Source of the DNA: Candidatus Lustribacter sp.
GTDB lineage: Bacteria; Vulcanimicrobiota; Vulcanimicrobiia; Vulcanimicrobiales; Vulcanimicrobiaceae
Reading direction: 5' to 3'
DNA length: 64,000 nt
Assembly: GCA_965277805.1 (NCBI GenBank)
Contig: OZ255842.1
Coordinates: 3,168,001-3,232,000, forward strand
Position 1 is the first letter of the stretch, and each line of letters starts with the position of its first letter. The notes beneath the pieces were generated by a model, which saw only the letters and a program-made list of their open reading frames with translations, had not been told where the DNA came from and did not search any database. The position numbers and the translations under genes are program-made. Positions 18,883 to 27,707 of this stretch are shown here, in pieces.

Positions 18883-19656
18883 TTAGACCGGGCGGGCCGT
18901 CTGTCCGTAGTGCCAGGCAAGCACCTTGTGCTCTGCCCACACGAAACCGGTGTTGAGAAGATAACCGAGGATTGCCAGCAGTAGGATGCCGCCGTACATT
19001 TCCGGGATCGCGAACGTTCGCTGAGCCTGGAGGATATAATACCCGAGACCGTCCGTGCTGCCTATCATTTCAGACACCACGATCATAATAAACGCGATCG
19101 AGAGCCCGGTCCGCATGCCGGCCGCGATCATCGGGGTGGCCGACGGCAGAATCACGCGGATCAGCGTTTCGAAGGGCGTCAGGCCGAAGATCCTGGCCGT
19201 ATCCAGCCGTTCGGTCGGCACCAGGCGCGCGCCGTCGGCCGTATTGATGAGGATCGGCCACATGGCGCCGAAGCAGATCACGACCATCTTCATCTGGTCG
19301 CCGATACCGATCAGCAGGATGCCGACCGGGATGATGGCGGTCGCCGGAATGGCGCGCCAGAACTGAAGTACCGGGTCGAGCAGCTGATAGATCCGCTTGA
19401 ACGAACCGATCACGATGCCGATGGTGATGCCGATCAGCGAAGCGAACGTGTAGCCGACCACCATGCGGTAGAGACTCGGCACGGCTTGCTGACCGAAGGT
19501 CGGCGAGAACCACTCCTTGAGGAAGGTCAAGAAGATCGTCGAGACCGGCGGCACGTAGACCGTCTGCTTCCACATCGCGATGAGCTGCCACAAGAGCAGC
19601 AGCACGACGACCGTGATGATCCCGGCGGCGTTGCCGCGATTGAAAACCTTGCTCAT
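18883..19656 (-). CDS. ABC transporter permease (NitT/TauT family)
   Basis: Multiple TM segments; VILPSATP..AGMR; EMIGSTDGLG. Confidence 0.9.
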   Translation of the reverse strand: MSKVFNRGNAAGIITVVVLLLLWQLIAMWKQTVYVPPVSTIFLTFLKEWFSPTFGQQAVPSLYRMVVGYTFASLIGITIGIVIGSFKRIYQLLDPVLQFWRAIPATAIIPVGILLIGIGDQMKMVVICFGAMWPILINTADGARLVPTERLDTARIFGLTPFETLIRVILPSATPMIAAGMRTGLSIAFIMIVVSEMIGSTDGLGYYILQAQRTFAIPEMYGGILLLAILGYLLNTGFVWAEHKVLAWHYGQTARPV

Positions 19657-19660
19657 GACG

Positions 19661-20437
19661 TTAGGTCACCCGTTCCCGCGCGGCCGGCGTCCAGAAGACG
19701 ACCTTGTGCTCGAGCGTAAAGTACAACGTGTTCAGAAGGTAGCCGAGAATTCCGGTGAGGATGATCGCCGCGTACATGGGCGGCAGGCGGTTCGCCTGTT
19801 CCATCTGCGAGATGTAGAAGCCGATGCCGCTGTTGCCGGCAATCAGTTCGGTCGTGATCGTAACGATCAGGGCGATCGTAGCGCTAATACGAAAGCCGGT
19901 CGCGATGCTCGCAACGGCCGACGGCAGCGTTACGCGCCAGAGCGCTTCGTAGCCGGTAATGCCGAAGTTGCGCGCGACGTCGAGCGCTTGCGGGTCGATC
20001 GCGCGCACGCCGTAGATCGTGTTGATCAGCATCGGCCAGAACGCCGCGTACGTGATCACCGAGATGCGCATCGTGGCCCCGAGGCCGAAGAACAGAATCG
20101 CCAGCGGAATCATCGCGACCGACGGGACCGGACGCAAGAACTCGACGATGATCTTCAGCGCGTCGAACACGGGCTTGTACGTCCCCATCAGAATCCCGAT
20201 GGTGATGGCAAGAACCGTAGCCAGAGCCAAGCCGCGGACGTACACCGACAACGTAACGCCGATCTGACTCGAAATGTCACCATTGATGAGCCCGGTCCAT
20301 AAGGCCGCGAAAACCTGGGTCGGCGGCGGGACGTAGCTCGTGAGCCACCCCTGACGCGCGACAAACTCCACGATTACAACGCAAACCAGGAAGAAGGCGT
20401 AGCCGCCCCAGTTTACCGATGACTTTTTTTTCTGCAC
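19661..20437 (-). CDS. ABC transporter permease (NitT/TauT family)
   Basis: FLRPVPSVAMIP, VTLPSA..ATGFR, ELIAGNSGIG; GTG start at 20437 is my estimate. Confidence 0.85.
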   Translation of the reverse strand: MQKKKSSVNWGGYAFFLVCVVIVEFVARQGWLTSYVPPPTQVFAALWTGLINGDISSQIGVTLSVYVRGLALATVLAITIGILMGTYKPVFDALKIIVEFLRPVPSVAMIPLAILFFGLGATMRISVITYAAFWPMLINTIYGVRAIDPQALDVARNFGITGYEALWRVTLPSAVASIATGFRISATIALIVTITTELIAGNSGIGFYISQMEQANRLPPMYAAIILTGILGYLLNTLYFTLEHKVVFWTPAARERVT

Positions 20438-20528
20438 GAGTAGGGTACTCTCCGGAACTTCGCACCAGCGAAAGCGAGGCATTAGGGATGTTATTGTTTG
20501 TCCCTTCCGATTAAGCACGCGAACGCGC

Positions 20529-21452
20529 TTAAAGCGGCGATTTCGCGGGCGGCGGCGACGTACTCCAGCGCTCCAAAACGGCACCGCTGCCGCCCGCAAC
20601 CGAGCGCACCACAAGGGCGTCGTTTGTCTTGCCGTCGAGAGCCACCAGCGCCGGTCCGGCCACCGTCGAGTTGCCCGTTAGTTGCGGTGCGGCTTCGCGG
20701 ATGAGCTGAACGAAGATTAAGAAATCGGGGCCGGTGCACGCCAGGACGTGGCTGCTGGTATCCAGGTCGCACGCCGCGACGCCTTCCGGTATGGCGATGC
20801 GAAAGCGCCGCGTTCCGGCCCGATCGTAAATGTCCAAAATGCCGTTGGCGCCGGCGACCGCGATCTGACCGAACGTTTCATCGATGCGCAAAACGCGCCG
20901 CCCGGCCAGGCCCGGTGTCGGAAACGACGAGCGGATGCTTCCACCTTGCGGATCAACGATTGAAATTTCGGGCCGATCTGCAAAGGTGACGTAAAGTTCA
21001 CGCGTGACCGGATCGGCGACGAAGTGCGCCGGCGCGCGGCCCGGCAATGCGACGGGTTTGCCGCGTGAAAATGAACCTGTATCAAAAACGGAGAGTTCGC
21101 TGCGCGCAGCACCGTCGACATACAGCCGCCCGGTGACGGCGTCGTCCACCATGTCCTCAACCGCGCCGCCGGCGTCGACTGAGCGGACGATCGTTTTCCG
21201 GTCGGGATCGATCTCGGTGATCTTGCCGTCGCCCGTGCCGGCGAAGACGTGGCCGCCAAGCGGCTCGAGCGCCAGGCTGCGCACACCGCCGAGTCGCACG
21301 GTCGCGAGCAACTTGCCGCTGTCGGCATCGAGAACCGCCACCGAGCGTGCGCCGGCCGCGAAGACGCGCCGCCGGGCAGCGTCGATCGTCAGCGCGGCAA
21401 ACGGACCGCGCTGCGCCAGCGGTTGGGGGGCGGTCACCGGAGCAAAGACCAT
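20529..21452 (-). CDS. YncE/YVTN-like beta-propeller protein
   Basis: Repeated blades (IDAARRRVF, VLDADSGKLL, DAVTGRLYV, DPVTRELYV). Confidence 0.65.
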   Translation of the reverse strand: MVFAPVTAPQPLAQRGPFAALTIDAARRRVFAAGARSVAVLDADSGKLLATVRLGGVRSLALEPLGGHVFAGTGDGKITEIDPDRKTIVRSVDAGGAVEDMVDDAVTGRLYVDGAARSELSVFDTGSFSRGKPVALPGRAPAHFVADPVTRELYVTFADRPEISIVDPQGGSIRSSFPTPGLAGRRVLRIDETFGQIAVAGANGILDIYDRAGTRRFRIAIPEGVAACDLDTSSHVLACTGPDFLIFVQLIREAAPQLTGNSTVAGPALVALDGKTNDALVVRSVAGGSGAVLERWSTSPPPAKSPL

Positions 21453-21469
21453 CGGGCTCGGGCTTTGGA

Positions 21470-21727
21470 CTATTCCGGCAAGTCGTGAAACGTGCGCTTG
21501 TGCGCGCCGTCGTCACGTTCGAGATCCTCGAGAAAGTAATACACGATCTTCCGGTCGTCGAAGCCGACCTTCGCCAGCTCGCGCCCGCCGATCTCGACGA
21601 CCTCGTGGATATGTCCGGTCTGCCCGGCATAACGGTAATTCACAGCAGAATATTCCGGATTGTCGGGTTTCGGTCGCGGTATAACTTCGGTGCCCCGCAA
21701 GGGGGTACGGTGGCGGTGGTCGCTCAA
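21470..21727 (-). CDS. Small hypothetical protein (85 aa, SH3/KOW-like pattern)
   Basis: TTG start with GAGG 6 nt upstream; fills the gap between genes; protein-like composition (YAGQTGHIHEVVEIGGRELAKVGFDDRKIVYYFLEDLE). Confidence 0.55.
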   Translation of the reverse strand: MSDHRHRTPLRGTEVIPRPKPDNPEYSAVNYRYAGQTGHIHEVVEIGGRELAKVGFDDRKIVYYFLEDLERDDGAHKRTFHDLPE

Positions 21728-21764
21728 ATGGTGCCTCGCCGTCAACGTTCTCTGGAGGCCCGTC

Positions 21765-22337
21765 ATGTTCATCGAATTTCGCGGAAAGCATCCGAAGATC
21801 GCAGCGACGGCCTTCGTTGCACCGACCGCCGTCTTGATCGGCGACGTCGAAGTCGGCGAAGAATCGAGCATCTGGTTCGGCGTGGTGATCCGCGCCGACA
21901 ACGGTCCGATCCGCATCGGTGCCAGAACCAGCATCCAGGACAATTCGGTGATGCACGTGAGCCCGGGCTCGACGACGGTCGTCGGCGATGATTGCACGGT
22001 CGGTCACAACGTGACGATGGAAGACTGCGTCATCGAGAACGGGGCGCTCATCGGCATGAACGCGGTCATCCTCAACGGCGCGACGATCGGGCGCAAGGCG
22101 CTCGTCGCAGCCGGGTCCGTCGTATCGGCGAACGCCCGGATTCCGGAAGAAACGTTAAACGTCGGCACGCCGGCCGTGACCAAACGCAAACTCGAGGGCG
22201 TCAGCCTGCACATGGTCGAGAACACGCCGTCCAGCTACGTGCGCCTCTCGCGCACCTACCTCGCCCAAAGCATCGGGGACCCGGAAATGCAAGAAACCGT
22301 CGAAACGAGCGCTTCCGCGGAGCCGGCTACCTCATGA
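21765..22337 (+). CDS. Gamma carbonic anhydrase family (hexapeptide repeat, YrdA/PaaY-like) protein
   Basis: IGDVEVGEESSIW..VIRAD..IRIG..TSIQDNSVMH; GGAGG RBS. Confidence 0.88.
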   Translation: MFIEFRGKHPKIAATAFVAPTAVLIGDVEVGEESSIWFGVVIRADNGPIRIGARTSIQDNSVMHVSPGSTTVVGDDCTVGHNVTMEDCVIENGALIGMNAVILNGATIGRKALVAAGSVVSANARIPEETLNVGTPAVTKRKLEGVSLHMVENTPSSYVRLSRTYLAQSIGDPEMQETVETSASAEPATS

Positions 22338-23272
22338 ACCGCGCGTCCGCCCTCGCACTGATCGCTGCGGGGACGGTTGCGCCGCAGCTCGCCACGGCAC
22401 AAACGATCCCGACACTCGAAGTCGCCGGCGTTCCGGAAGACTCGGCCACGCCGGTACTCTACGGCGTGCAGAGCGGCATCTTCCGGCGCGCGGGGATCAA
22501 CGTCGACCTCACGCCGCAAGGCAGCGGCAGCGCCGTCACGGCCGGCGTCGTCGGCGGCAGCTATCAGGTCGGGAAGTCGAGCATCGTGCCGCTGATCATC
22601 GCGATGAGCAAAAAGATTCCGGTCAAGCTCGTCGCGCCGGGCGGCATCTATCGTTCGACTGCGCCGAACATCGCGATGATCGTCTCCAGCGACTCGCCGA
22701 TCAAGACCGCTGCCGACCTCAACGGCAAAACGATCGGGGTCTCGTCGCCCGACGATCTCTACACGCTCGGGCTCAAAGCCTGGGTGGACAAAAACGGCGG
22801 CAACGCCGCGAGCCTCAAACTGCTCTCGCTTCCGCAAGCCGAAATCGAAGCCGCACTCGCGCAAAAGCGCATCGACGCCGGATCGAGCGGCATGCCGCAA
22901 CTGCAAGCCGCGCTCGACGGTGGTAAAGTGCGCGTGTTGTGCGACATGTGCGACGCGATCGCCGGCACGTTCATGTTCTCCGCGTGGTTCTCATCCGAGC
23001 AGACCATCGCGAGCCGTCACGCGGACATCGCCGCCTTCGTCCGCGCCGAACGCCAAGCAGCCGCTTACACGAACGCCCATCCCGCCGATGCCGTCGCCGC
23101 CCTGGCCGCCTTCACGAAAATCGAGCCCGCCGTCATAACGAAAATGGTCCGCGTCCAAAACGGCACGGCGCTCGATCCGAAACTGATCCAGCCCGCCATC
23201 GACGTCTGCGCCCGCTACAACGTCATCCCCGAACGCTTCGAAGCCTCCACAATGTTCGCCACCGTCCTCTAG
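22334..23272 (+). CDS. ABC transporter substrate-binding protein (NitT/TauT/SsuA-like)
   Basis: Signal-like N-terminus; DSPIKTAADLNGKTIGV; ATGA overlap with the upstream gene. Confidence 0.85.
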   Translation: MNRASALALIAAGTVAPQLATAQTIPTLEVAGVPEDSATPVLYGVQSGIFRRAGINVDLTPQGSGSAVTAGVVGGSYQVGKSSIVPLIIAMSKKIPVKLVAPGGIYRSTAPNIAMIVSSDSPIKTAADLNGKTIGVSSPDDLYTLGLKAWVDKNGGNAASLKLLSLPQAEIEAALAQKRIDAGSSGMPQLQAALDGGKVRVLCDMCDAIAGTFMFSAWFSSEQTIASRHADIAAFVRAERQAAAYTNAHPADAVAALAAFTKIEPAVITKMVRVQNGTALDPKLIQPAIDVCARYNVIPERFEASTMFATVL

Positions 23273-23345
23273 CAGCGCGGCGCCCATAAAGCCCGAGCGT
23301 GGCGCACGCACGGGGGAGTGCGCTGGGCTATTGCTGCGATTGCTG

Positions 23346-24716
23346 TTACGGTGCCGGGTAGTGTGAGTCGTCGCCGTAGGGTTGGAAGAGCGTGTGTTCG
23401 GGTTTGAAGCGCAGCTTCACCGTTCCGACGCGGCCGTTGCGATGCTTTGCGAAGATCAGCTCGGTGACGTCGGGTTCGGGCGACGTCTCTTTGTTGTAGT
23501 ATGCATCGCGATACAAAAACGTAACGATATCCGCTTCCTGTTCGATCGCTCCGCTGTCTCTCAAATCTGAGAGCATGGGGCGTTTGTCTTGGCGGGTCTC
23601 GACGGCGCGGTTGAGCTGGGCGAGGGCGACGATCGGGATCTCGAGGTCTTTAGCGGTCGCTTTGAGCGTGCGGCAGATCTCGGAGAGTTCTTCGTTGCGG
23701 TTGACGTTGCGGCCGAGCGCCGAGGGGCGGACGAGCTGCAAGTAGTCGATGTAACAGATGCCGAGACCGTGCGTCGACTTCAGACGGCGCAGACGGCTGC
23801 GGATTTCGCTTACCGTGACGGCGCCCGAGTCATCGAGGAACAGCTGCAATTCGTTGAGACGGCCGATCGAGTTGCCGATGCGCTCCCAATCCTTGCCCTC
23901 GATCGCACCGCGGCGCAGTTTGCTCGCATCGATGCCGGCGTCGCTCGAGATCAAGCGCTCGACGAGTTCTTGCTTCGTCATTTCGAGCGAGAAGACGGCG
24001 ACCGGCGTGTTCTCTTCGCGCGCGCCGAACAGCGCCATATTGAGCGCGAGCGACGTCTTGCCCATGGCGGGGCGCGCGGCCAGGATGATCAGGTTGCCTT
24101 TTTGGAACCCGGCCGTATAGTCGTCGATGTCGGCAAAACCGCTCGTGACGCCGGTGCGGTCACCGCGCTGCGAGTGCCGTTTCTCGAGTTCGTGGAACGT
24201 ATCGAGCAAAAGCGAGGAAACCGCTGAGAACGAACCGCGCGCGTCGCGATTGCCGACTTCGTAGACGATCTGCTCGCTCTCATCGAGCGCGGCAGGCACG
24301 TCGTCCTCGGATTCGTAGCCGAGTTGCGTGATGCGCGTGCCGGCGTGGATGAGTCCGCGCAACGAAGCTTTCTCCCGCACGATCTTGGCGTAGTACTCGG
24401 CCGATGCCGCCGTCGGCACCGTATCCATCAGCGACGACAAATACGCGAGGCCGCCGACTTTGTCGAGCATCCCGCGCGAGCGCAGTTCTTCGGCCAGCGC
24501 GACCTTGTCGAGCGGCTTGCCGCTCTCGTAGAGCGCGTAGAGCGCGAGATAGATCGTTTCGTGCAGCGAGGCGTAGAAGTCGTTCGGACGCACGATCTCG
24601 CTGACCGCCGCCATCATCTCTTTATCGACCAGCACCGAGCCGAGCAGCGCCATCTCCGCTTCGAGGTTGCTCGGCGGAATGCGGTCGACGAGCGAGACGA
24701 ACGGCGCCGTGCTCAT
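23346..24716 (-). CDS. dnaB: Replicative DNA helicase
   Basis: PPSNLEAE, ILAARPAMGKT, FSLEM, IDYLQL, LAQLNR, DLRDSGAIEQEAD, KHRNG. Confidence 0.97.
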   Translation of the reverse strand: MSTAPFVSLVDRIPPSNLEAEMALLGSVLVDKEMMAAVSEIVRPNDFYASLHETIYLALYALYESGKPLDKVALAEELRSRGMLDKVGGLAYLSSLMDTVPTAASAEYYAKIVREKASLRGLIHAGTRITQLGYESEDDVPAALDESEQIVYEVGNRDARGSFSAVSSLLLDTFHELEKRHSQRGDRTGVTSGFADIDDYTAGFQKGNLIILAARPAMGKTSLALNMALFGAREENTPVAVFSLEMTKQELVERLISSDAGIDASKLRRGAIEGKDWERIGNSIGRLNELQLFLDDSGAVTVSEIRSRLRRLKSTHGLGICYIDYLQLVRPSALGRNVNRNEELSEICRTLKATAKDLEIPIVALAQLNRAVETRQDKRPMLSDLRDSGAIEQEADIVTFLYRDAYYNKETSPEPDVTELIFAKHRNGRVGTVKLRFKPEHTLFQPYGDDSHYPAP

Positions 24717-26665
24717 CCGCGCACGCCCCGGCCGCGCGCGTGCGGGATCGCGGGCATGCGCAAGCCGTAGGCAGCCAGCACTTCGGCGATGGTCGACACC
24801 GGAATCACGTTGATGCCGTCGGGCGTCGCTTCGATCTCTTTCGCGTTTTCCGCGGGCAGCACGATCGCGCGCATCGACGCGGAGCGCGCCGCGTAAAGTT
24901 TCTCGACCACGCCGCCGACCGCGCGCACCTTGCCGGCGAGCGAGACTTCACCCGTTACCGCGATATCTTGCGGCAGCGGCGTTTGCGTCAGCGCGGAGTA
25001 GAGCGCGAGAAAGAACGCGAGCCCGGCCGACGGCCCGTCGATGTTGCCGCCGCCGATCACGTTGACGTGCAGGTCGAAGTCGCTGGGATCGAGCCCGCTC
25101 ATCGCGCGCACGACCGAGGCCGCGTTGAAGACCGAATCGCGCGACATCGAGCCGGCGGTATCGTTGAAGCGCACGGTGCCCTTGCGCGGTTCGCGCGCCG
25201 GAAACGCTGCCGCCTCGATCTCGATCAGCGAGCCGACGTATTGCAGCACGCCGAGGCCGTGCACGCGGCCGATCTCTTTCTTCTTGCGCGGGCGGGTCGG
25301 CGCGCTACGCACGATGCGGCCGGCCTGCACGACCGAGATCACGTCCTCATCACGGACCAGCGCGCCGCGCGCAGCCGTTGCGCCTTGGCGGTAAAGCGCG
25401 TGGCCGTACGCGTCGGCCAGAATCTGCACAGCTTTGCGGCCTTCGTTCGTGTAGGTGGCGATCAGGGCCGGCACGGTCTTCATCGTGCGCGCGCCCAGGC
25501 GCTTCGCCGCCTCTTGCACGATGCGCAGAATCTGCGCCTGCGTGAGCGGTTCGAAGTACACCGCGGCGCAGCGCGAACGGATCGCCGGATCGATCGCGTC
25601 GGGCTCCCGCGTCGTGGCGCCGATCAGGATGAAATCCGCCGGTGCGCCGTCGGCGAAGAGCTTCTTCACGTATTCCGGCACGTTCGGATCGTGCTCGTCG
25701 TAGTACGACGACTCGAAGAGCACGCGTTTGTCCTCGAGAACCTTGAGCAGCTTTGTCTGCAACGCCGGGGCCATCTCGCCGATTTCGTCGATGAACAGCA
25801 CGCCGCCGTGCGCTTTGGTCACGAGGCCGAGCTTCGGTTCGGGGATGCCGCTCTCGGCGAGATCGCGCCGGCTGCCCTGGTAGATCGGATCGTGTACGCT
25901 GCCGAGCAGCGGGTTCGTCGTTTCGCGATAGTCCCAGCGCAGCGTCGTGCCGCTGGCTTCGACAAACGGCGCGGCCGCTGCGAACGGCGTGTGCGCGCGC
26001 TTCTTCGCGAGTTCGAGCGCGAGCCGCGCGACGGTCGTCTTGCCGACGCCGGGCGGACCGTAAAGGATCACGTGCTGCGGAAACGGCGAGGCGAGCTTCG
26101 CCAGGAGCGCGCTGACCGCGGCTTCTTGTCCGACGATCCCGGCGAGCGTCTTCGGCCGCAGCGCGTCGAGCGCGTTCGTATTCAGGCGCCGCTCGTCGAG
26201 CGCGCGTAGATCCTCGAGCCGGCGTTGCGTAGCCGGCGTTTCCGGACCGGCCGCTTCGCGCAGCGCCTCGATTTTCAGATCGCGCACGTACTCGGCATGC
26301 CGGTGCACCATCTTCTCGTTGACCCGCCGCTCGACTTCGTCTTCGACGGTGCGCTGCGCGACGATGTCGGCCAGCGCGTCCTCGATCTCTGCGATCGCTT
26401 TCTTGTACTGCGATGCGGGCGTGATGCGTTCGAGCGTGGGGTCTTCGAACACCAGCCGCTGCAACGCCAAAATGCGCTCGCCGAGCGACGCCGAGCGCAT
26501 CAGTTTCAGCGCGCCGAGTTTCCCCGCGCGCATGACGACCTTTTCTTTGCCGAGCGCGCCGGCAAGCACGTCGAAAAGCGCCGCGACTTGGCGGCGCACT
26601 CCCTCGCCGCCGCCGTATTTACGGCGAAACCGGTCGGCGTCGAGGCGCTCGGGGTCGGCGGGCAT
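24713..26665 (-). CDS. lonC: Lon family ATP-dependent protease (LonC type)
   Basis: GPPGVGKT, NPLLGSVHDPIYQG, LFIDE, DGPSAG (Ser), GGVVEK (Lys); between rplI and dnaB. Confidence 0.88.
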   Translation of the reverse strand: MPADPERLDADRFRRKYGGGEGVRRQVAALFDVLAGALGKEKVVMRAGKLGALKLMRSASLGERILALQRLVFEDPTLERITPASQYKKAIAEIEDALADIVAQRTVEDEVERRVNEKMVHRHAEYVRDLKIEALREAAGPETPATQRRLEDLRALDERRLNTNALDALRPKTLAGIVGQEAAVSALLAKLASPFPQHVILYGPPGVGKTTVARLALELAKKRAHTPFAAAAPFVEASGTTLRWDYRETTNPLLGSVHDPIYQGSRRDLAESGIPEPKLGLVTKAHGGVLFIDEIGEMAPALQTKLLKVLEDKRVLFESSYYDEHDPNVPEYVKKLFADGAPADFILIGATTREPDAIDPAIRSRCAAVYFEPLTQAQILRIVQEAAKRLGARTMKTVPALIATYTNEGRKAVQILADAYGHALYRQGATAARGALVRDEDVISVVQAGRIVRSAPTRPRKKKEIGRVHGLGVLQYVGSLIEIEAAAFPAREPRKGTVRFNDTAGSMSRDSVFNAASVVRAMSGLDPSDFDLHVNVIGGGNIDGPSAGLAFFLALYSALTQTPLPQDIAVTGEVSLAGKVRAVGGVVEKLYAARSASMRAIVLPAENAKEIEATPDGINVIPVSTIAEVLAAYGLRMPAIPHARGRGVRG

Positions 26666-26668
26666 GAG

Positions 26669-27118
26669 CTACTTGGCCGCGACGACCCGAATGTTCGACT
26701 TCGCGATGACGTTGTTGCCGAGCCGGACTTCGATCGGATACGTGCCGACGGCTTTGATGCCGTCTTTCATCTCGATCTTGTGCCGGTCGATGGCAACGTT
26801 GAGCGCTGCCGCAATCGCATCCGCGACGTTGGCGTTCGTGACCGTGCCGAACAGGCGGCCGTTGCCGCCGGCCTTCGCCATGATCTCGAACGTCTGCTCT
26901 TCGAGTTGCGTTGCAACGTCTTGCGCGTTCGCGACTTCTTCCGCCTGACGGCGTTTCTTCGCGTGGTTCTGCTGTTCGAGCTGCTTGATCGCGCCTGGCG
27001 TCGCCGCGGTCGCGAGCTTACGCGGCAGCAAGAAATTGTTTGCGTAACCGTCGGCCACGTTGGCGACGTCGCCGCGCTTGCCGAGCGTCTTGACGTCGTT
27101 GAGGAGAATGACTTTCAT
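26669..27118 (-). CDS. rplI: 50S ribosomal protein L9
   Basis: [41 protein letters not shown]. Confidence 0.97.
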   Translation of the reverse strand: MKVILLNDVKTLGKRGDVANVADGYANNFLLPRKLATAATPGAIKQLEQQNHAKKRRQAEEVANAQDVATQLEEQTFEIMAKAGGNGRLFGTVTNANVADAIAAALNVAIDRHKIEMKDGIKAVGTYPIEVRLGNNVIAKSNIRVVAAK

Positions 27119-27127
27119 CGTGCTCCT

Positions 27128-27385
27128 CTACTGCGCCACGAACGGCAGGATGGCGATGACGCGGGCGCGTTTGACGGCCACGGTCAGCGCGCGCTGATGG
27201 CTTGCACAGTTGCCGCTGATGCGGCGTGGCAAGATCTTACCGCGTTCGGAAATGTATTTGCGCAAGCGCGTCTGGTCTTTGTAGTCGATCGGCTCGAGGC
27301 GGTCGGCGCAGAACGTGCAGACTTTGCGCTTGGGGCGGCGCTCTTTTTTGGCCGCGCTTTTGGATTTACTCTTCGGAGGGGGCAT
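27128..27385 (-). CDS. rpsR: 30S ribosomal protein S18 (Zn-ribbon form)
   Basis: [36 protein letters not shown]. Confidence 0.97.
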   Translation of the reverse strand: MPPPKSKSKSAAKKERRPKRKVCTFCADRLEPIDYKDQTRLRKYISERGKILPRRISGNCASHQRALTVAVKRARVIAILPFVAQ

Positions 27386-27580
27386 GGGCTCACTTTCATG
27401 TAGGTGGTTGATGGCCGGATCGCAGTCCGGCCCTACACACGTGGCGAGGCAATCCTCACCACGATCTCCGCATCGCGGAGCCGGGACTCATCGTTCACGC
27501 GTTTCCGGCGATCCAGCAAGAAGGCCGCCACAAGGGCGACCCTTCTCGTCCGAACAGCCCACGCGTGAATGTGGCCCGAG
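27386..27580 (-). promoter_or_regulatory. Long structured 5' leader of rpsR with a candidate S6:S18-binding element (27399-27437)
   Basis: Minus-strand hairpins; proximal stem UGUAGG/CCUACA enclosing hairpin GCCGGA/UCCGGC with a 3' bulge CAUCAACCA. Confidence 0.55.
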
Positions 27581-27586
27581 CGACCT

Positions 27587-27615
27587 ATTCTAGCAGACCC
27601 GACCCCCAATGTCAC
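27587..27615 (-). promoter_or_regulatory. Sigma70-type promoter of the rpsR-rplI-lonC-dnaB operon
   Basis: GTGACA (27610-27615) - 17 nt - TAGAAT (27587-27592), with a TG extended -10. Confidence 0.7.
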
Positions 27616-27685
27616 CCCGAGCTCGCCGGGGGGAGGCCCTCAATCGTCCGGATGGGTGCGGCCCCTCGACAAGCTCGGGGTGACA
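27610..27685. repeat. Palindromic intergenic repeat (REP/MITE-like), copy 2
   Basis: TGTCACCCCGAGCTCGCCGGGGGG ... CCCCTCGACAAGCTCGGGGTGACA; the loop shares CCTCAATC with copy 1. Confidence 0.85.
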
Positions 27686-27707
27686 AGACGACGAACGCCG
27701 GGACCTC

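Noticed and set aside
23273-23345. Terminator between the convergent binding-protein gene and dnaB
   Set aside because: Only an irregular GC-rich stem with no U-tract on either strand
23346-24716. Intein in DnaB
   Set aside because: 456 aa with contiguous helicase motifs; no insertion
24740-27403. 489-aa and 392-aa plus-strand ORFs
   Set aside because: Antisense to lonC, rplI and rpsR, which have unambiguous motifs
27480-27580. tRNA or SRP RNA call for the structured region upstream of rpsR
   Set aside because: No cloverleaf/T-loop or SRP domain IV motif recognised; kept only as an unassigned leader
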